Source: Felis catus (taxonomy: Eukaryota). Taken from it: DNA of 64,000 bases. How positions within the stretch are numbered: the first letter of the stretch is position 1; every line of letters begins with the position of its first letter. This document shows, one piece after another, positions 1-13,743 of this stretch. The DNA is taken from assembly GCF_018350175.1 (NCBI RefSeq), contig NC_058368.1, positions 207,392,001-207,456,000 on the forward strand, in the 5' to 3' direction. Under the pieces are notes generated by a model. That model ran no database searches, had not been told where the DNA came from, and saw only the letters and a program-made list of their open reading frames with translations. The translations under genes and the position numbers were made by a program.

Positions 1-58
1 AAGTTTTGGGGTTATGACTTTAACATAGCCGTTAGGGGAGACAAATCAACTCATAACA
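1..58. mobile_element. Terminal fragment of a MaLR (MLT/MST-like) LTR, cut by the window edge
   Basis: 'ttttggggttatgactttaacatag...ggggagacaaatcaactcataaca' resembles the typical MaLR LTR end; recognised by eye only. Confidence 0.4.
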
Positions 59-122
59 GAAGGATATGGCCATCTGAACTTAGAGAAAAAGCTAAAAACT
101 AGTTAATAAGACTACTAGTTAA

Positions 123-330
123 GGGGTGCGTGGGTGGCTCAGTCAGTTAAGAATCCAACCTTTGATTTTGGCTCAGGTCATGAGTTCACAGTTCATGAGA
201 TGGAACCCCACATTGGGCTCTGCACTGAGTCTGCTTGGGATTCTCTCCTCTCTCTCTCTGCCCCTCCCCCACTTGCATGGGTGCTCCCTCTCCCTCTCTC
301 TCTCCCTCAAAGTAAACGAACTTAAAAAAA
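123..330 (+). mobile_element. CAN-SINE (SINEC_Fc-type)
   Basis: GGGG(C/T)GC..TGGGTGGCTCAGTC head, (CT)n tract, A tail; TSD aataagactactagttaa at 105-122 and 330-347. Confidence 0.95.
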
Positions 331-1956
331 ATAAGACTACTAGTTAAGTGATAAAGGCATGATTAAGTACCAGTATGGTTCTGATCCCTTCTAAGACAAA
401 CATTTGGACAACAAATACCAGGCTTTGTAAACAGATTGTCCAAATCTCAACATGCAGCATTCAGTTAAATTTAATGATGTTTCCCTCCCCTACTCAGAAG
501 ACTTCCTTTCTGTTGAAAACAACACGAAGTCAAAACTCAATTTCCCTCAAGTGATATTTTTATTTCATGGAGTCTCAGAGACAAAAAGGGCCTTTAGGGA
601 CCTTTCTGTATACACCTGCAATGCTTCACAGTATCTTCAGCAAGAGGCCAGTCTCTGCCTGAACATCTCTAGGAAGGAAAAACCCAGTGCTCCCTGGAGC
701 AGTCCTCTCTGTGGCAGCCTTTTCTGGTGGTTAGATTCTGAGCCAAATTCTGCCTCCCTAAAATTTTCACCATACTGTCTTTGGTCAACCATCTGAGCTT
801 TGCAAAATTGCATACATATTTTATATTTTAAATTATATATACATAGGTAAATATGTGTAAGTATGTATTTTATAAAATGTTCTAAAAAATATTTTTAAAT
901 ATATGAAAAATATATTTACATTCATTTAAGTTTCTAAAACCTCTGGGGACATCTTTGGGCTCCGTTCCATGTCTTACCTGAGTGAAAATTATAACCCAAT
1001 GCCATAGAGGCAAGTAGCAAAAATTAAAATTATAGAATTAATAATTAGGTCCAGGAGAAGTTGTGCCGCAAGCAGAAGCATTGAGAAATAGCAATCAGCT
1101 ATCTAAAAAATGATTCACTGGCCAGAGTCTCACTGATAATCAATTCTTGCAAATACCTCTGCCGCCAGAAAATGCTCATCGATGTAATTTGACTAACATT
1201 TTTATAAGAAAATACCCAATATAAGTATAATAATTTTCTTTGAAAATTCAACTCATATTTCCTGGATGTTCCTAAAGAGATCTATTCTCCTGGGGAGAAT
1301 GGGAAAAACAAAAAAAGCAACTTCAGGTGCACAAAGAAGAGCTGAAAGCTTTGAAAATATTAAGGGGGATTTTGTGGGAATTTTGCCCAAGACATCTCTG
1401 AGAAAACTTACACACTTCAGGCAGCTTGGACAAGGCATGAGTTCTGCATATGAAAGGGTTCCATGAAATGGTGACAAATTGTTCCATTCAAGTTACACTG
1501 CCAGGTTTTGTCACAAAGTACGAGAGACATTAATAAATATATGTCAGCTTGTCATTCCCTCATGAAATACCCCCTTCACCGAAATAAATCGACTCCTTTG
1601 AGGCTACAATGGCCATCTTTGTCTAAGAAATACTCGCTCAATTTGTAGACCCACGCTGTTTGCTTGGGGTTACCAATCCACACAAACACAATGATGACGC
1701 TTCTTTGGAAATAGGAAATATCTCCATAGCGCCCAGAGGTGCTGCAGGAAAGTGTAATCATGAGTCACTTGGACGGTCAGTGACTGTCAGAAAATCAAAG
1801 CTAGCGTATGACTAAGATGAAGTTCTAATAAAACAAACGGAGCTCAATATGACAGTAACTTGGCCACCCAATTGCTCAGTGAGGTAGCTCAGAAAAGTGA
1901 GCGTCCAATTTGCCCTCTTCCTTTCATTAATTGTAAAGGATGGCATTTCTTCATTT

Positions 1957-2263
1957 ATTTATTTTTTTTCCTTCATGCCTGTATGTATGTATGTATGTAT
2001 GTATGTATGTATGTATTTTTATACTCTTTTTTTTCAATATATGAAATCTATTGTCAAATTGGTTTCCATACAACACCCAGTGCTCGTCCCAAAAGGTGCC
2101 CTCCTCAATACCCAACATCCACCCTCCCCGCCCTCCCACCCCCCATCAACCCTCAGTTTGTTCTCAGTTTTTAAGAGTGTCTTATGCTTTGGCTCTCTCC
2201 CTCTCTAGCCTCTTTTTTTTTTCTTCCCCTCCCCCATAGACTTCTGTTAAGTTTCTCAGGATC
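1957..2263 (-). mobile_element. 5'-truncated carnivore L1 3' end with (ATGT)n-degenerated tail
   Basis: 'ttgtcaaattggtttccatacaacacccagtgctcgtcccaaaaggtgccctcctcaat' is the reverse complement of a carnivore L1 3' UTR; poly-T/microsatellite tail on the left. Confidence 0.85.
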
Positions 2264-2281
2264 CGCACTTCTATCATTTAA

Positions 2282-2495
2282 TTTTTTTTTTCAACGTTTA
2301 TTTATTTTTGGGACAGAGAGAGACAGAGCATGAACGGGGGAGGGGCAGAGAGAGAGGGAGACACAGAATTGGAAACAGGCTCCAGGCTCTGAGCCATCAG
2401 CCCAGAGCCTGACGCGGGACTCGAACTCACGGACCGCGAGACCCTGACCTGAGCCGAAGTCAGCCGCTCAACCGACTGAGCCACCCAGGCGCCCC
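2282..2495 (-). mobile_element. Young CAN-SINE (SINEC_Fc)
   Basis: Full-length and CpG-rich; 18-bp TSD cgcacttctatcatttaa at 2264-2281 and 2496-2513. Confidence 0.95.
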
Positions 2496-2907
2496 CGCAC
2501 TTCTATCATTTAAAGAAACGTCCTGTGATAATTAAGGCCTAGACGTGATAACCTCATGTTAAAAAAAAAAAAAAAAAAAAAGGTATTACTTAAAATATAA
2601 AAATTCTACCTTTACAATAATATTTATGACTGACTTGTGGTAAAAACTAAAGGTTAGGCAATCTGTGAGCACATTAATGATACAGCTGTCTGGATAAGCG
2701 ACACGCAGTCCTGGGCTGCTTCTGCGGCACTCCAGTAGGATTTTCTTACCAGAAACAGTTGATTGGGTTCCTGGGCGGTGAGCAGTTTACTGCCAAAGAT
2801 TTACCTAGTGTTAAAAAAGAGGCATTATTGTTCTGCTCTTTCTAGAATTCACATTTCAAAAGTGGTTTGTTGCTTGCGTCCTTGTTTTTCCTTTAGCAAT
2901 GATTTTT

Positions 2908-3209
2908 TTTTCTTTTTTTAACAATTTATTGTCAAGTTAGCTAACATACAGTGTATACAGTGCGCTCTTGGCCTCGGGAGTAGATTCCCATGATTCATCA
3001 CGTCTGTAAAACACCCGGTGCTCATCCTAACTACTGCCTTCCTCAATGCCCATCACCCATTTTCCCCGCCCTACCCCCATCAACCCTCAGTTTCTTCTCT
3101 GTATGTAAAAGTCTCTTATGGTTTCCCTCCTCTCAGTTTGTAACCATATATATTTTTTTCTTTCCCTTCCCCCATGGCCTTCTGTTAATTTTCTCAGCTT
3201 CCACATATG
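2908..3209 (-). mobile_element. 5'-truncated carnivore L1 3' end
   Basis: Poly-T followed by L1 3' UTR reverse complement; TSD agcaatgattttt at 2895-2907 and 3210-3222. Confidence 0.85.
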
Positions 3210-4192
3210 AGCAATGATTTTTATAGACTCACTCACAGCTGTACACCTAGAACTAAATAAAATCCAGAACAAAATGTAAAAGATTTGGATTCCTCAATAA
3301 AGTCATAACGAAAGAAGGGAGTAAACGTGCCAGGATATCAATTAAACTCTGCTTAGAGTCCCACACAGTAGACTTGAGCAGGTAACTGACGGAAGGGCTG
3401 CTTATCTGGAGGTACATACTCAGCTTTCCCACAAATTGCCAAAAGAAATCTTTCTTAGCATGTCTCAGTCATGTCTCCAATACTATCGTAGCCTGCCCTC
3501 ACTGATTTTCACCACCCGCTCAAGGAGAGGTTTTTTTCCTCTTGGACTGAACATTCTACTGTTCTTCTAAAAGATACTTTCCAAATATAGTCCCTCACCT
3601 GATTGTACCCAGCCAGAGTTGGTTTGAGACTGGGTTTTGCAAAATCAAGGGTTTTACCCAACAGTGGCTAATTTGGGTTTTGGTTTTGGGGTCGTGGCCT
3701 TGAAGAACACGGAGGGGTTCCACTTTCCAAGTTTTCTTAACTGACTGGTGACTCGTCCGGAAACAAGTATCGCTGTTTTTCTTTTCAATGAATTCCCCCC
3801 CCCCCCCCAACTTCTGGCAGGGCAGTTCATGAGACCTAATTAAAACATGTTATTTCCACACCACCAGAGAAGTCAAACTAACCTTTTGCCTTTACAACTT
3901 ATGTTGTCAGAGGCCTGGGCGAAGGATTGGGGTAAGGAGCTTTATCAGCTTGCAGCCTATCGTCTTTGGAAAACAAAAAAAACAAAAACAAGCCCACAAC
4001 TTTCCTGCACTACTTTGGTTCTTCTTCCATGGCTCTGCTCCCTCTTTTCTCTCGGTGCCAAGAAACACTGATAGCTCGAAGCTCTTACAGTCCTTGGCCC
4101 TCATGCTCTGTCAGTCCACCTCAGGACTTCAATCCCACTGCATTCCTTCCCAGACCTGGTGGACGTGTCGTATAAGTATTTAACTTACGTGA

Positions 4193-4379
4193 ACCATAAT
4201 TCATCAACTCTATGACTTCTTTGACTGCAAGATGCACCATTATTTTAACTACCACTAAAAACAGTGAAAATGTTGCCACTTAAAAAGTGTATGCCTGCCA
4301 TCAAATGCATGACACATTCTAACTTCAGAAATATTAAACTGTGCAAAAAATATTTATCTTTGAATCGACGAACTATGGT
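4193..4379. mobile_element. Old Tigger-like MITE with degenerate terminal inverted repeats
   Basis: Left end accataattcatcaactct versus reverse complement of right end accatagttcgtcgattca (14/19 matches). Confidence 0.5.
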
Positions 4380-4544
4380 AATTTAAGGCAAGAAGAAAAG
4401 AGAATAGCTTTAAATATCCTTATGAGAGTATTAATAGAACCACTGGCTTTCTCCCATTTTGGTTTCCTCATTGCCTGTAGTACTGCCTTATCTCTTCCTT
4501 CGCTTGGTATCTCTATCACCAAAACAAATTTTTTTTTTTTTTTT

Positions 4545-4960
4545 TTTGTCTACTATGTGCAGGTCCTGTGGTAGGTGCTGGGGATCACTAAGTAAACAAG
4601 AGACTGCCTTTGTATTCAAGACTCAGTTTCATTGGAGGTGTGGATACGCAAAGCTGCTGAAGAATTACAATAGAGTGACTATCACTCTACTAGACAGAAG
4701 CACGGAACTCTATAGGAGCAGGGAAAGATAACCTAACCCAGTCCAGCAGAGGTTAGGAGAACACTCCAGAAAGAAGGCATCTGAGCCATGATCTCAAAAA
4801 TAAATAAGAACATTTAGCCATTCAAAGGGAGAAGGCAGATGAGAAAAGAGAGATACTCAGGTGAAGAAAACACTAGGCAGTGAGAGAAATGTTAGTATTG
4901 TGTTCTGGCAAATGCCAAAGGTTCCAGAAGACTGTAGGACAAAAAGAAGCGAGGTGAGCT
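4545..4960. mobile_element. Ancient L2 fragment
   Basis: 'ctactatgtgcaggtcctgtggtaggtgctggggatc...gtaaacaagagactgcc' followed by purine-rich L2-like sequence. Confidence 0.5.
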
Positions 4961-5478
4961 AGAAGCAGCTCCTGAACGGCCCGGTCTGCTGTGTGCGGGA
5001 GATGAAAATTGATTCTGAGGAAATTGGCAAATCAGTGAAGAGCCTGAGCATAAAGTGACAAGATCAGGTAAACCCCTTATTTTCATTTGTCTTACTTTCT
5101 CTTTGTGAGAATAAGATTAATTATGAATAATGATTTGGATCTTCCTTCTGCCTTGGCTTCTGAAGTTGTACCATCATTGTACCGGATAACCACTTTTGTT
5201 TTTTCCTTCTGGAGATGGCTATCTATCCATTTTGATATATTTTCTTTAGTACATTATATATCTTTTCCCTCTAGTATCTCTTTCTGAAAGTTCCACCAGT
5301 CAGATTTTTGGCTTCTGAGATTGATCTTTGATTTTTATCTTCTTCAAAATTTCCGTCTCCCCATCTTACAGTTCTATGTCTGGGAACATTACTAGAATTT
5401 ATCTCCCAATGCTACTACTCCTATTTTTATGGGAGAAATAGCACTACTGTATTTTTAATTCCTGAGAACTCTATTGGG

Positions 5479-5480
5479 TT

Positions 5481-5524
<44 letters not shown>

Positions 5525-5734
5525 TCATTTTCTTTAATGTTTATTTTTGAGAAAGAGAGACAGACTGGGCATGAGCTGGGAGGGGCAGAGAGAAAGGGAG
5601 ACACAGAATCTGAAACAGGCTCCAGGCTCTGAGCTGTCAGCACAGAGCTTGACACGGGGCTCGAACTCATGAACCATGAGATCTTGACCTGAGTTGAAGT
5701 TGGACGCTTAACCGACTGAGCCTCCCAGGTGCCC
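5479..5734 (-). mobile_element. CAN-SINE whose tail has expanded into a (TTTC)n microsatellite
   Basis: SINEC body 5527-5734; (TTTC)n at about 5479-5526. Confidence 0.93.
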
Positions 5735-7188
5735 TGGGTTTATTTTTTTTTCTTTACAGCAATCTATTATTGTTTATGGACTTAATAGCTTCCCAAGAAT
5801 ATTCTTCTCAAAGAATATTAATAAACATTTTTAGCATCTACGTGATCCCTGCATTATCTCCATTTTCTTTTTTCCCCCCTGATTTCTCCTTGTTTACTTT
5901 GGTTCCTCTCTTCATGATGAGGATTTACCTTAACTTTCTGGTGATCCAAGGTTGTTCCTAGTTAAGAATGGGACTTTAAAATCTGAGTGGAAGCTACGTG
6001 CACACACACACAGGGTTAGTTGACTTCCCCGCAGGGAGGTTGTACAGACACCTGGCCATTTTGTCAGGGTTTCCAAACCACTAGTCTTTCCTCTAATCTT
6101 TTACCTTTAACAGCATCCTGGTTGTGGTGTTATGTGCATGTGAAGGGAAAGGGGACTGGAGGATTAAACTATTCTAGAGGCTTCTAATAAGAGCAGACTT
6201 TTATTAGTTCCCTTGTGTTGAGTCATGACTCTAGCCTTCACTCCTCTGTCACCATGTCTGGTGTCTTTGAATCACCAGCCACTCCCATCCGGTTTCTCTA
6301 GTTAATAAATGATGTTCATGGTAATGATGGGCAAAGTGGGAAGTGTTGTAGGCATGAATGTTCTGTTCGTGGTGGGCGCTGGGGAATTAGAAGGACCTTT
6401 TAGGGTTCCATTCCTTGGACAGGACCAACTTATATAATCTTTCCATCTACTCCTTGGTCCAGCCCCATGCCTCAACCCTCCATCTACCACACTGGCTGCT
6501 GCTGAGAGCTAAGCCTCTCCAGGGTTCTGAAGTGTGAACTGCTTTCACCACAGTTACTGTGCTACCTGTGTGGACATGAGGTCTGGATTCCCCTGCCCTA
6601 ATAAGTCAACGTCTACAATTTCATCCATGTCTGTCACTCAGCAATTTGTTCAAATAGCTTGCCTGCTGAAGCCCTCTTCTGTTCTTTTTGTCACATTAGG
6701 TTTGATAGCCTTTTATTTATTTGAGTTTAGTGGAGGCTTGGGAGACAGAGGGGGTAAACATGTGAGTTCAATATGTCTTCTTAACCTCGGTGCCATATTT
6801 GCAATTTAGAGTTGCAAAGTTTTCGCTCGAATAATTCCTGAGGCTCGTGTATGGAATAAATATATTTTCTGAACCATAAATCAATAAGCATGATCTGAAC
6901 ATTATGAGAGACAGAAAGACATTGGAAGTTAGAGCTCTCCTGAAAAATTAAAGTTGCACAGTTGTAGTTCCTAGCTAACACCTACTCTCTGCTTTCTTCT
7001 ATTTTCATACTATTTTTGGCCTTAGTTAAATTTTCTAAAATCATAAGCCAAGCTGGAATAATAAGATGTCTGGAACACTTGAATCCAGGCAACTTTCGCT
7101 CATGATCCCAGCTTTCGCACTCTGATCCCCCAGATGCGGTCACTAGTACTTCATGGAATTTATACGCACAATTTCAGGCTTTGGCAGG

Positions 7189-7211
7189 TTTTTTTTAAAA
7201 GTTTATTTATT

Positions 7212-7255
<44 letters not shown>

Positions 7256-7420
7256 CTACAGGAGAAGGGCAGAGACAGAGGGAGACAGAGGATCCCAAGT
7301 AGGCTCCAGGCTCTGTGTTGACAGCAAAGAGCCCGATATGGGGGCTCGAACTCACAAACGGTGAGATCATGACCTGAGTCTAAGTCAGATGCTCAACTGA
7401 CTGAGCCACCCAGGTGCCCC
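7189..7420 (-). mobile_element. CAN-SINE
   Basis: (AG)n tract; body ends in gagccacccaggtgcccc. Confidence 0.93.
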
Positions 7421-7473
7421 GGGGCAGATTTTTAATCTAGATAAGGGTCAACTTTTCTACTTGCGGCTCAGAA

Positions 7474-7521
<48 letters not shown>

Positions 7522-10500
7522 GCATGTTTGACACAGCACAACTGAGCCAACAACTCAGATTTTTAAAAAATCGCCCTCAGCAGCAGGTCCAGTTGGTTAA
7601 TCCAGTACTTATTATTCTTTGACTCCATTGTTCGGTTTCCTCCCTTTTCCTTATAACCTTCTCAACAAATGCATTCCCCCCAGGCAAGGCCTGGAGAGAG
7701 TCTCCAATGCTGGTATCCTCCCCAAGGAAGGAAGCAGTTTTATTTAAAATGTCACAATAAACCTTTGGTGTGGGTGGTAAGAAGCCGAGGGCATGAGGAG
7801 GCTGGCACTGAAAGAAATAAAGATAATTCAGCACGTCACCAGCAAGAATTTAGAAGCTTGCGAAGACAGGAGGGAGCAAACAAAAAGCATTTCGAAACCA
7901 CTCTGCACTGGAAAAAATAGGAATTTGAGGATAAGAAAAAGTATGGCTCTGCAAAGGAGCAAAGAGTAAGACTTTTAATCATTGGGACGTCAAATATTCA
8001 AATACACGTGTGTGTGGTATACATGTCACAACAAATAAATACGTATTTTTCGTATTTGTTAACACAATACAATATATATTTAACTCATATACAGGTCAAT
8101 ATACGTATGTCAAAATAAATCCCGTTCGTTTCCACACACCTTCGGAAAAGACACCCAGAGTCTGGGTTTAGGTGGATTTCCTAAGGGAGTTAGAGAGCAC
8201 TGATCAAGGAAGGATGTTGAGTTTGACAGGGTACAAAAAGAAGTGGCAGATGAGGAACAGCAGAGTAAACCATGAACTGAAAAAAAAAAAAAAAAGCAGA
8301 ACAACAGCTTCAAGCCAGCAGTGGCCAGGACAACTGTAAATCATCTCCCCTGAAAATCCACGGAGAGACAGGAAGGAACTCGAGGTTCCCATTCTAAATT
8401 CATAATACATCAGCTGACATCTGGGTTAGTTTTATGCAATGTCTCGGAGCCTAAAAGAAAGGTAAGCGAAACTTGCCGAAGGAGGCAGCATCTTATACTC
8501 TGTCTGCGTTTGATGAGGAGCAAACAGAAAAAAGTATTTAGCCTAAGTAAGGACACGATAGAATGGCTCAGGAGATCCCCTTTGCGGAAAGTGGCCCAGG
8601 GTAAGTTGGGGCAGGGAGAAGTGGTGTTGGGGAAGGAATGTAAGTAGAGAGTGGGAGACGGGGCTGGATGGCCCCCGAGGTCCTTTAAGATCCTGAGAGT
8701 CCATGGTTCCAAGAGCTGTGCGGACTCCAACCTCTCCACTTTTCCCCAAACGTAACTAACATAACTAACGTCAGACTGATGTTGTGCGTATGCCTCAAAG
8801 CTCTCTTAGCGAAGTTCAACAGCACCACATGGTAGTCCTGATTCTTGTTCAAGCCGGTGGTGGGGAAATAGAGGTCTTGCAAAAACTATGCTATTATTTC
8901 CTGTTGGATAAACTCTGTCATTCTCTAAAAACACCAGAAGGAGAAAGGAACAAGGGTCCAAAGTGGAAAAGCTTCCAAAACCAGGAGGAAGTGGGCCAGC
9001 TTGGAAGGGCAGGAATAGCCTCTTACACAGAGGCCTCCTCCTGGTCCGGACCGGGTTTTTGTTTCTGTGAAAAGGGTCAGCGTGCTAAACTATTATTTGT
9101 ATATGTGATGCTTTCTCGTAAGCACGCTCTAAGGACTTGCATTTTAATTCAAGATGCTGTCTTTATTTTAGGGAGAAATCAGTTAAAAGGGTCGGCACTA
9201 ACCTGTCATTTTCCTCTTCTATTTTAAAGCTCTCTGTATGGGAGTTAACTTCTCCCCAAACAAGCATTTGGAAAATTCCTGGTTAGGCCGCTTGCTTGTT
9301 TTGTGAATGATGTTTGTGGTCAGCTATAACATATATAGCATGCCTTCTTCGTATTGCTGTCTTTTTCATGCATGTTTTTCTTATTTTGGCATTTTTATGG
9401 AAGTGATTAAATATTATTTGGTCTCAAGCTGGTGTAGAAATTGTGGAGATGTAGAAAATACTCTCTAGCTGAAATCCAACATACACATACCCACACAATC
9501 ATGAACACACACACATATGCACGCAGCATTTCTAAAGTATGTCCAGATAGCTTTTGTTCAATTCTTTACTTCTTCTCTTCTTCCTTCCTTCCTTCCTTCC
9601 TTCCTTTGAAAGCAAATGAAATGAAAGCAAATACGATTTCCATTTCATTTTCGGCTTGCTTTCTGGTAGACACAGCATTGTTTGGATGTCCAGGCCTCCA
9701 GCTTTTACCCAGAGGTAAATGTTGGAGAAATGTTGTTTCCAGTCTTATTCAGAATGAGTGAAATATTTTTGCAAGGCGTCACTTTCCAAGCTTTCATTAA
9801 TGTTCACAAGTTTCAATAGCAAGTTAGAATGTTTCAGTAACTTTTAAAGGAATATTCGTTCCCCACCCCACCCCACCTTTCAAAAATAAATATAAAATTA
9901 AGCTGAAGAGAAAGTAAATCCTGGTATCTAGATAAAAAATTTGTGACACACTGATTAGTATTTAATAAGTTCCAAAAAGTATCCCCAAGAAGTAGAATGT
10001 TTCTTATTCTATTAAATCAGTCGTATATAGTGTTATGTGACAAAATCTAACAATTTTAGGAGAAACTGTGTTTTGTTCTTAGAAAATTCAACTTCTATTG
10101 ACACTGAGCAAAGAGGAGTATGGAAGAGTAAAATTGGGACGTAAGCCAGAATAAATTTTCTGTGAGAAATTCTATCAGATGACTTAAAAAGTCTGTTCAA
10201 TATTCGATATCACCTGTAGACATAATGAGAGAAAAAAAATCTATTCCATTTAATTACTTCTTAGAAGGTTTAATTGGAATACTGGCTTGCTTGCTCTATA
10301 TTTCAGGAGTTGGGTCTGCATGATATTTATGTTATAACTAAGAGATTATTATATATTTGGAGATATTTTTTCAAATACTCTCTATACGTAATTATAATAA
10401 TGATTGAAGACATATTAAAAAAATTTCTTTACTTATCCATATTATTTAGTTGCTAGGAGACAAATATAAAGCATCTAATATTATTAAACAGGTTATAATC

Positions 10501-11338
10501 CACTTTTAATTTCACAATGAGAATTACTTTGGGATATGTATTTATTCAGACTCTGTAGATATATTGTATACTCAGTGCAAATAATAGCATCTTTCTCTGC
10601 ATGGTGTTTGCAATTTGGAGAAGGGTTAGTAAACATATCTTACTGACTAAGCATGTTGAAGCTCCCCTAAAAAAGTAAGATGATCACTAGCTCAGAGCAT
10701 TGTCAAATTATTTGCAATTTAAAATATATTATGACTTACATAAATCAGTTGAAAGCAAAATGTTTAATCCTCTTCTTTGTGTTCAAAATATGTAATGATA
10801 TTATTTTATACAACATTTCTGGCATGATAAATTTTATCTTTTATCATAGTATGCAGGGCAAGTATTTTTCAAACTGAAGAATGCTGCACACACAGAGTAG
10901 TTATTTGCCATAAGACACAAAGTAGTGGCTGTGCCATTATTAGCCACAAGGTCAACTATACCCCAGGCCAGTGTACCCTCTATTGGAGTGGAAAAAAGAC
11001 CTTCTCTACTGAGGAACTCAAACTTGAACCTTCTTTGCCATGAATAAATTATCTTACGATCTTTGTGTCCTCATTAACATTTGTGTTCTTTAAAATATCA
11101 TCTTCCATTATATTTTAAGAAGATCCATTCAGATAAATATCTTTACTTCCTTCTTTAACAAAATACTGTTACGGCTTTAAAAAATGTTTTTATTGTGTCC
11201 AGACTTATATGGCTGTTCAGTTTGGAGACTGTTCAATGATAATGAATAGTACAAATTCTTCAAAAAGATTATTTCAGCCCCAAATGTTTCCCAATCCAAA
11301 GAGTAAGTTTTTCACCTGATTCATCTCAGGTTTTGGTT

Positions 11339-11356
11339 GGGGGGGGGGGGCGTGTG

Positions 11357-11387
<31 letters not shown>
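11339..11387. repeat. G-run followed by (GT)n microsatellite
   Basis: Read directly from sequence. Confidence 0.9.
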
Positions 11388-13112
11388 AGCACTTTGTTGC
11401 CAACTCTATTTCTATTCTATCTTTATTCCCTCACATTGTTTTCCTTGCTTGGATCCAAGTCTCTATCTCTTCCTATGACTTTTACTCAGGACTGCCATAA
11501 CCGGTGAGCATTCCTCAGCTAAGAAGAACCAGATGGCCATGAAGAGATGTTAATGTTTCCCTCACATGTCCTCTGGGCAATCTTTCTTCACAAGGGACAA
11601 GTGTGCTAACTTACCACTGCTCTGAGACTTATACTAATCCAAATAACAAAGGACAGTTGTCCTATCTTGATGGCAGACATGAGGCAGAAGAATCCTACCT
11701 TTATGCAGCAAAAAGTTGACTGGTTTGGAGAACAAATTGTTTGGAGAAAGCCCTAAGTTGTACTATGTCTTATATATACAGTGCCATTTATTATATATAC
11801 AGTAGTACCAAAATAATTTTCTGATTCAATTACAGTGTTTTAGGCAAAATAGAAACATAAGGCATTATGATTTTACATTATAATGCTCAAAGATACTTGG
11901 AGATTAAAAAGAGTATGCATCTAGCAAAATTAAAAAAATAGGAAAATTAATAGCATCTGTGCTAAGAGAGACATTAGGGATAATTCAAAACTCTAATATA
12001 TATATCCTCTTCCTACTCCTTCATCAAATGTTTAGGAAGTCATTCCGAGTAGTTTAAAGTTGACTTGGCAGGGTAATAAGAGTTAGAAGAATTTATTTGA
12101 ATCTTGGCACCTTCACGAGGAATCTGCATGCACTTGAAGGAGTATCCCTGATTCTCTGAGACCCATTTTTATCACCTTCAAAATGAGGACAATTATACTT
12201 CTCTAACTTGCAACAAGGATTTAAGGATCCAATGAGAACATTTTTGAAAGTTTATTAAACTATAAAGTTATATGCAAAAATGCATGATCAGCATCATCTT
12301 CGTGAAGGTCAAAGTTCTATCCCATTCCTTTTCTGCTCCCTGGTTAGAGGTGCCACTCATGCTGGAGCAACAGAAGGATAAGGAAGAGAAGTGATGCCCT
12401 CCCCACCCTCAAGACATCAGCAGTACCTTCAAAATGTAGAATTGCCTTTTGCAGCTCTATCCTGACTACCAAAGACACTCCCAAAAGAAAATCTACTTAA
12501 AGCTTTGTAGATTAATTCCTTACCTTTATCAAGCCAGGAAAAAGAAAAAAACAAACCCTGTAACATCTCATCAGACAAGCACATGACAGCAATACAGGCC
12601 TCTTTCTAGGGCTCAGGAGCCAGACTTTGTACCTATTTGTTCCCCTCGCCCCCGTGGTGTGAAGCAGACAGGAAAGGCAGGTCATTTTGCAAATCATCTG
12701 ACTCCAGCCTGAAATCAGTAACCCAGAAAAAAAGCACTTGGGAACATAGGGCCATCAAAGAGGGGCCCAGGCCTGGGCCTTCTGATAAGGCTTAATGTTG
12801 AGTGGACAGTGGTTATTAGGACTCCATGGATCCGTGATCCTGGAAGGTGCCCCTCCAACACGCATGTCTGGGTCTGCTCTGGAGGGGAGCTAGGGAAACA
12901 AAGCCATTCTTTCAGTTAGGGGGGTGCCATGGTATCCAGAATCTGAATTTAGGGCTTCTAAAGGCTGAAAGAATAATGGTTTTTAAAATAGCTCCATGTG
13001 GGAAGCTCTCTGAGCTAAGCATGGAATCCTAGGGAGTGGAGCCACGACTTCTTTACGGACAGCACCCACCTGGTAAACCAACAGTAACAGGCTTATGGAA
13101 AATGTTGCATGA

Positions 13113-13307
13113 GGGGCACCTGAGTGGCTCAGTTAAGCATCTGACTCTTAGTTTTGGCTCAGGTCAGGATCCCAGGGTCGTGGGATCGAGCCACACGTTG
13201 GGCTCCACGTTGAGTCTCTCTCTCTGCCTCTGTCTGCTTCTCCCTCTCCCTCTCCCTCCCCCTCTTTCCCCTGCTTGCACGCTCTCTCTCTCTAAAATAA
13301 TTAAAAC
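13113..13307 (+). mobile_element. CAN-SINE (older subfamily)
   Basis: Head ggggcacctgagtggctcagtt; TSD aaatgttg(c/g)atga. Confidence 0.9.
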
Positions 13308-13524
13308 AAATGTTGGATGAATGAATGAGTGAATGAATTATGAACAAATGAACTATATGAAACACCTAATGGTGCCACTGATCTTTAATTCTTTGTATTG
13401 CAGAAATTTTCAAATATAAACAAGAATGTAGAGAATTGTACATTGAACCCCTACATACCCATCACTCTGCTTCAACAATCTTGTTGTGTCTATTCCCCCT
13501 CAATTTGGGGGATGGAGTAGGTTA

Positions 13525-13743
13525 TTTTATTTTTTTAATGTTTATTCATTTTTGAGAGAGAGAGAGAGAGAAAGCGCAAGTGTGGGAGGGGCAGAGAGAG
13601 AGGAAGACACAGAATCTGAAGCAGGCTCCAGGCTCTGAGCTGTCAGCACAGAGCCCCAACATAGGGCTTGAACTCATGAACCGCAAGATCACGACCTGAG
13701 CCAAAGTCAGGCGCTTAACCTACTGAGCCACCCAAGAGCCCCT
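13525..13743 (-). mobile_element. CAN-SINE
   Basis: Reverse-complement SINEC body and T-rich tail. Confidence 0.92.

Noticed and set aside
123..200. tRNA-like A/B box sequence at SINE heads
   Set aside because: These are the tRNA-derived heads of CAN-SINEs with no complete cloverleaf; no true tRNA gene was seen.
5087..6800. Possible ancient antisense L1 remnant or processed pseudogene
   Set aside because: The composition is suggestive, but I could not recognise a specific family or protein; it needs RepeatMasker or BLASTX.
8784..9227. 147-aa ORF in the upstream region (also 17302-17778, 49576-49977 and 54474-54920)
   Set aside because: No recognisable homology or splice structure; some include microsatellite or MLT1 sequence.
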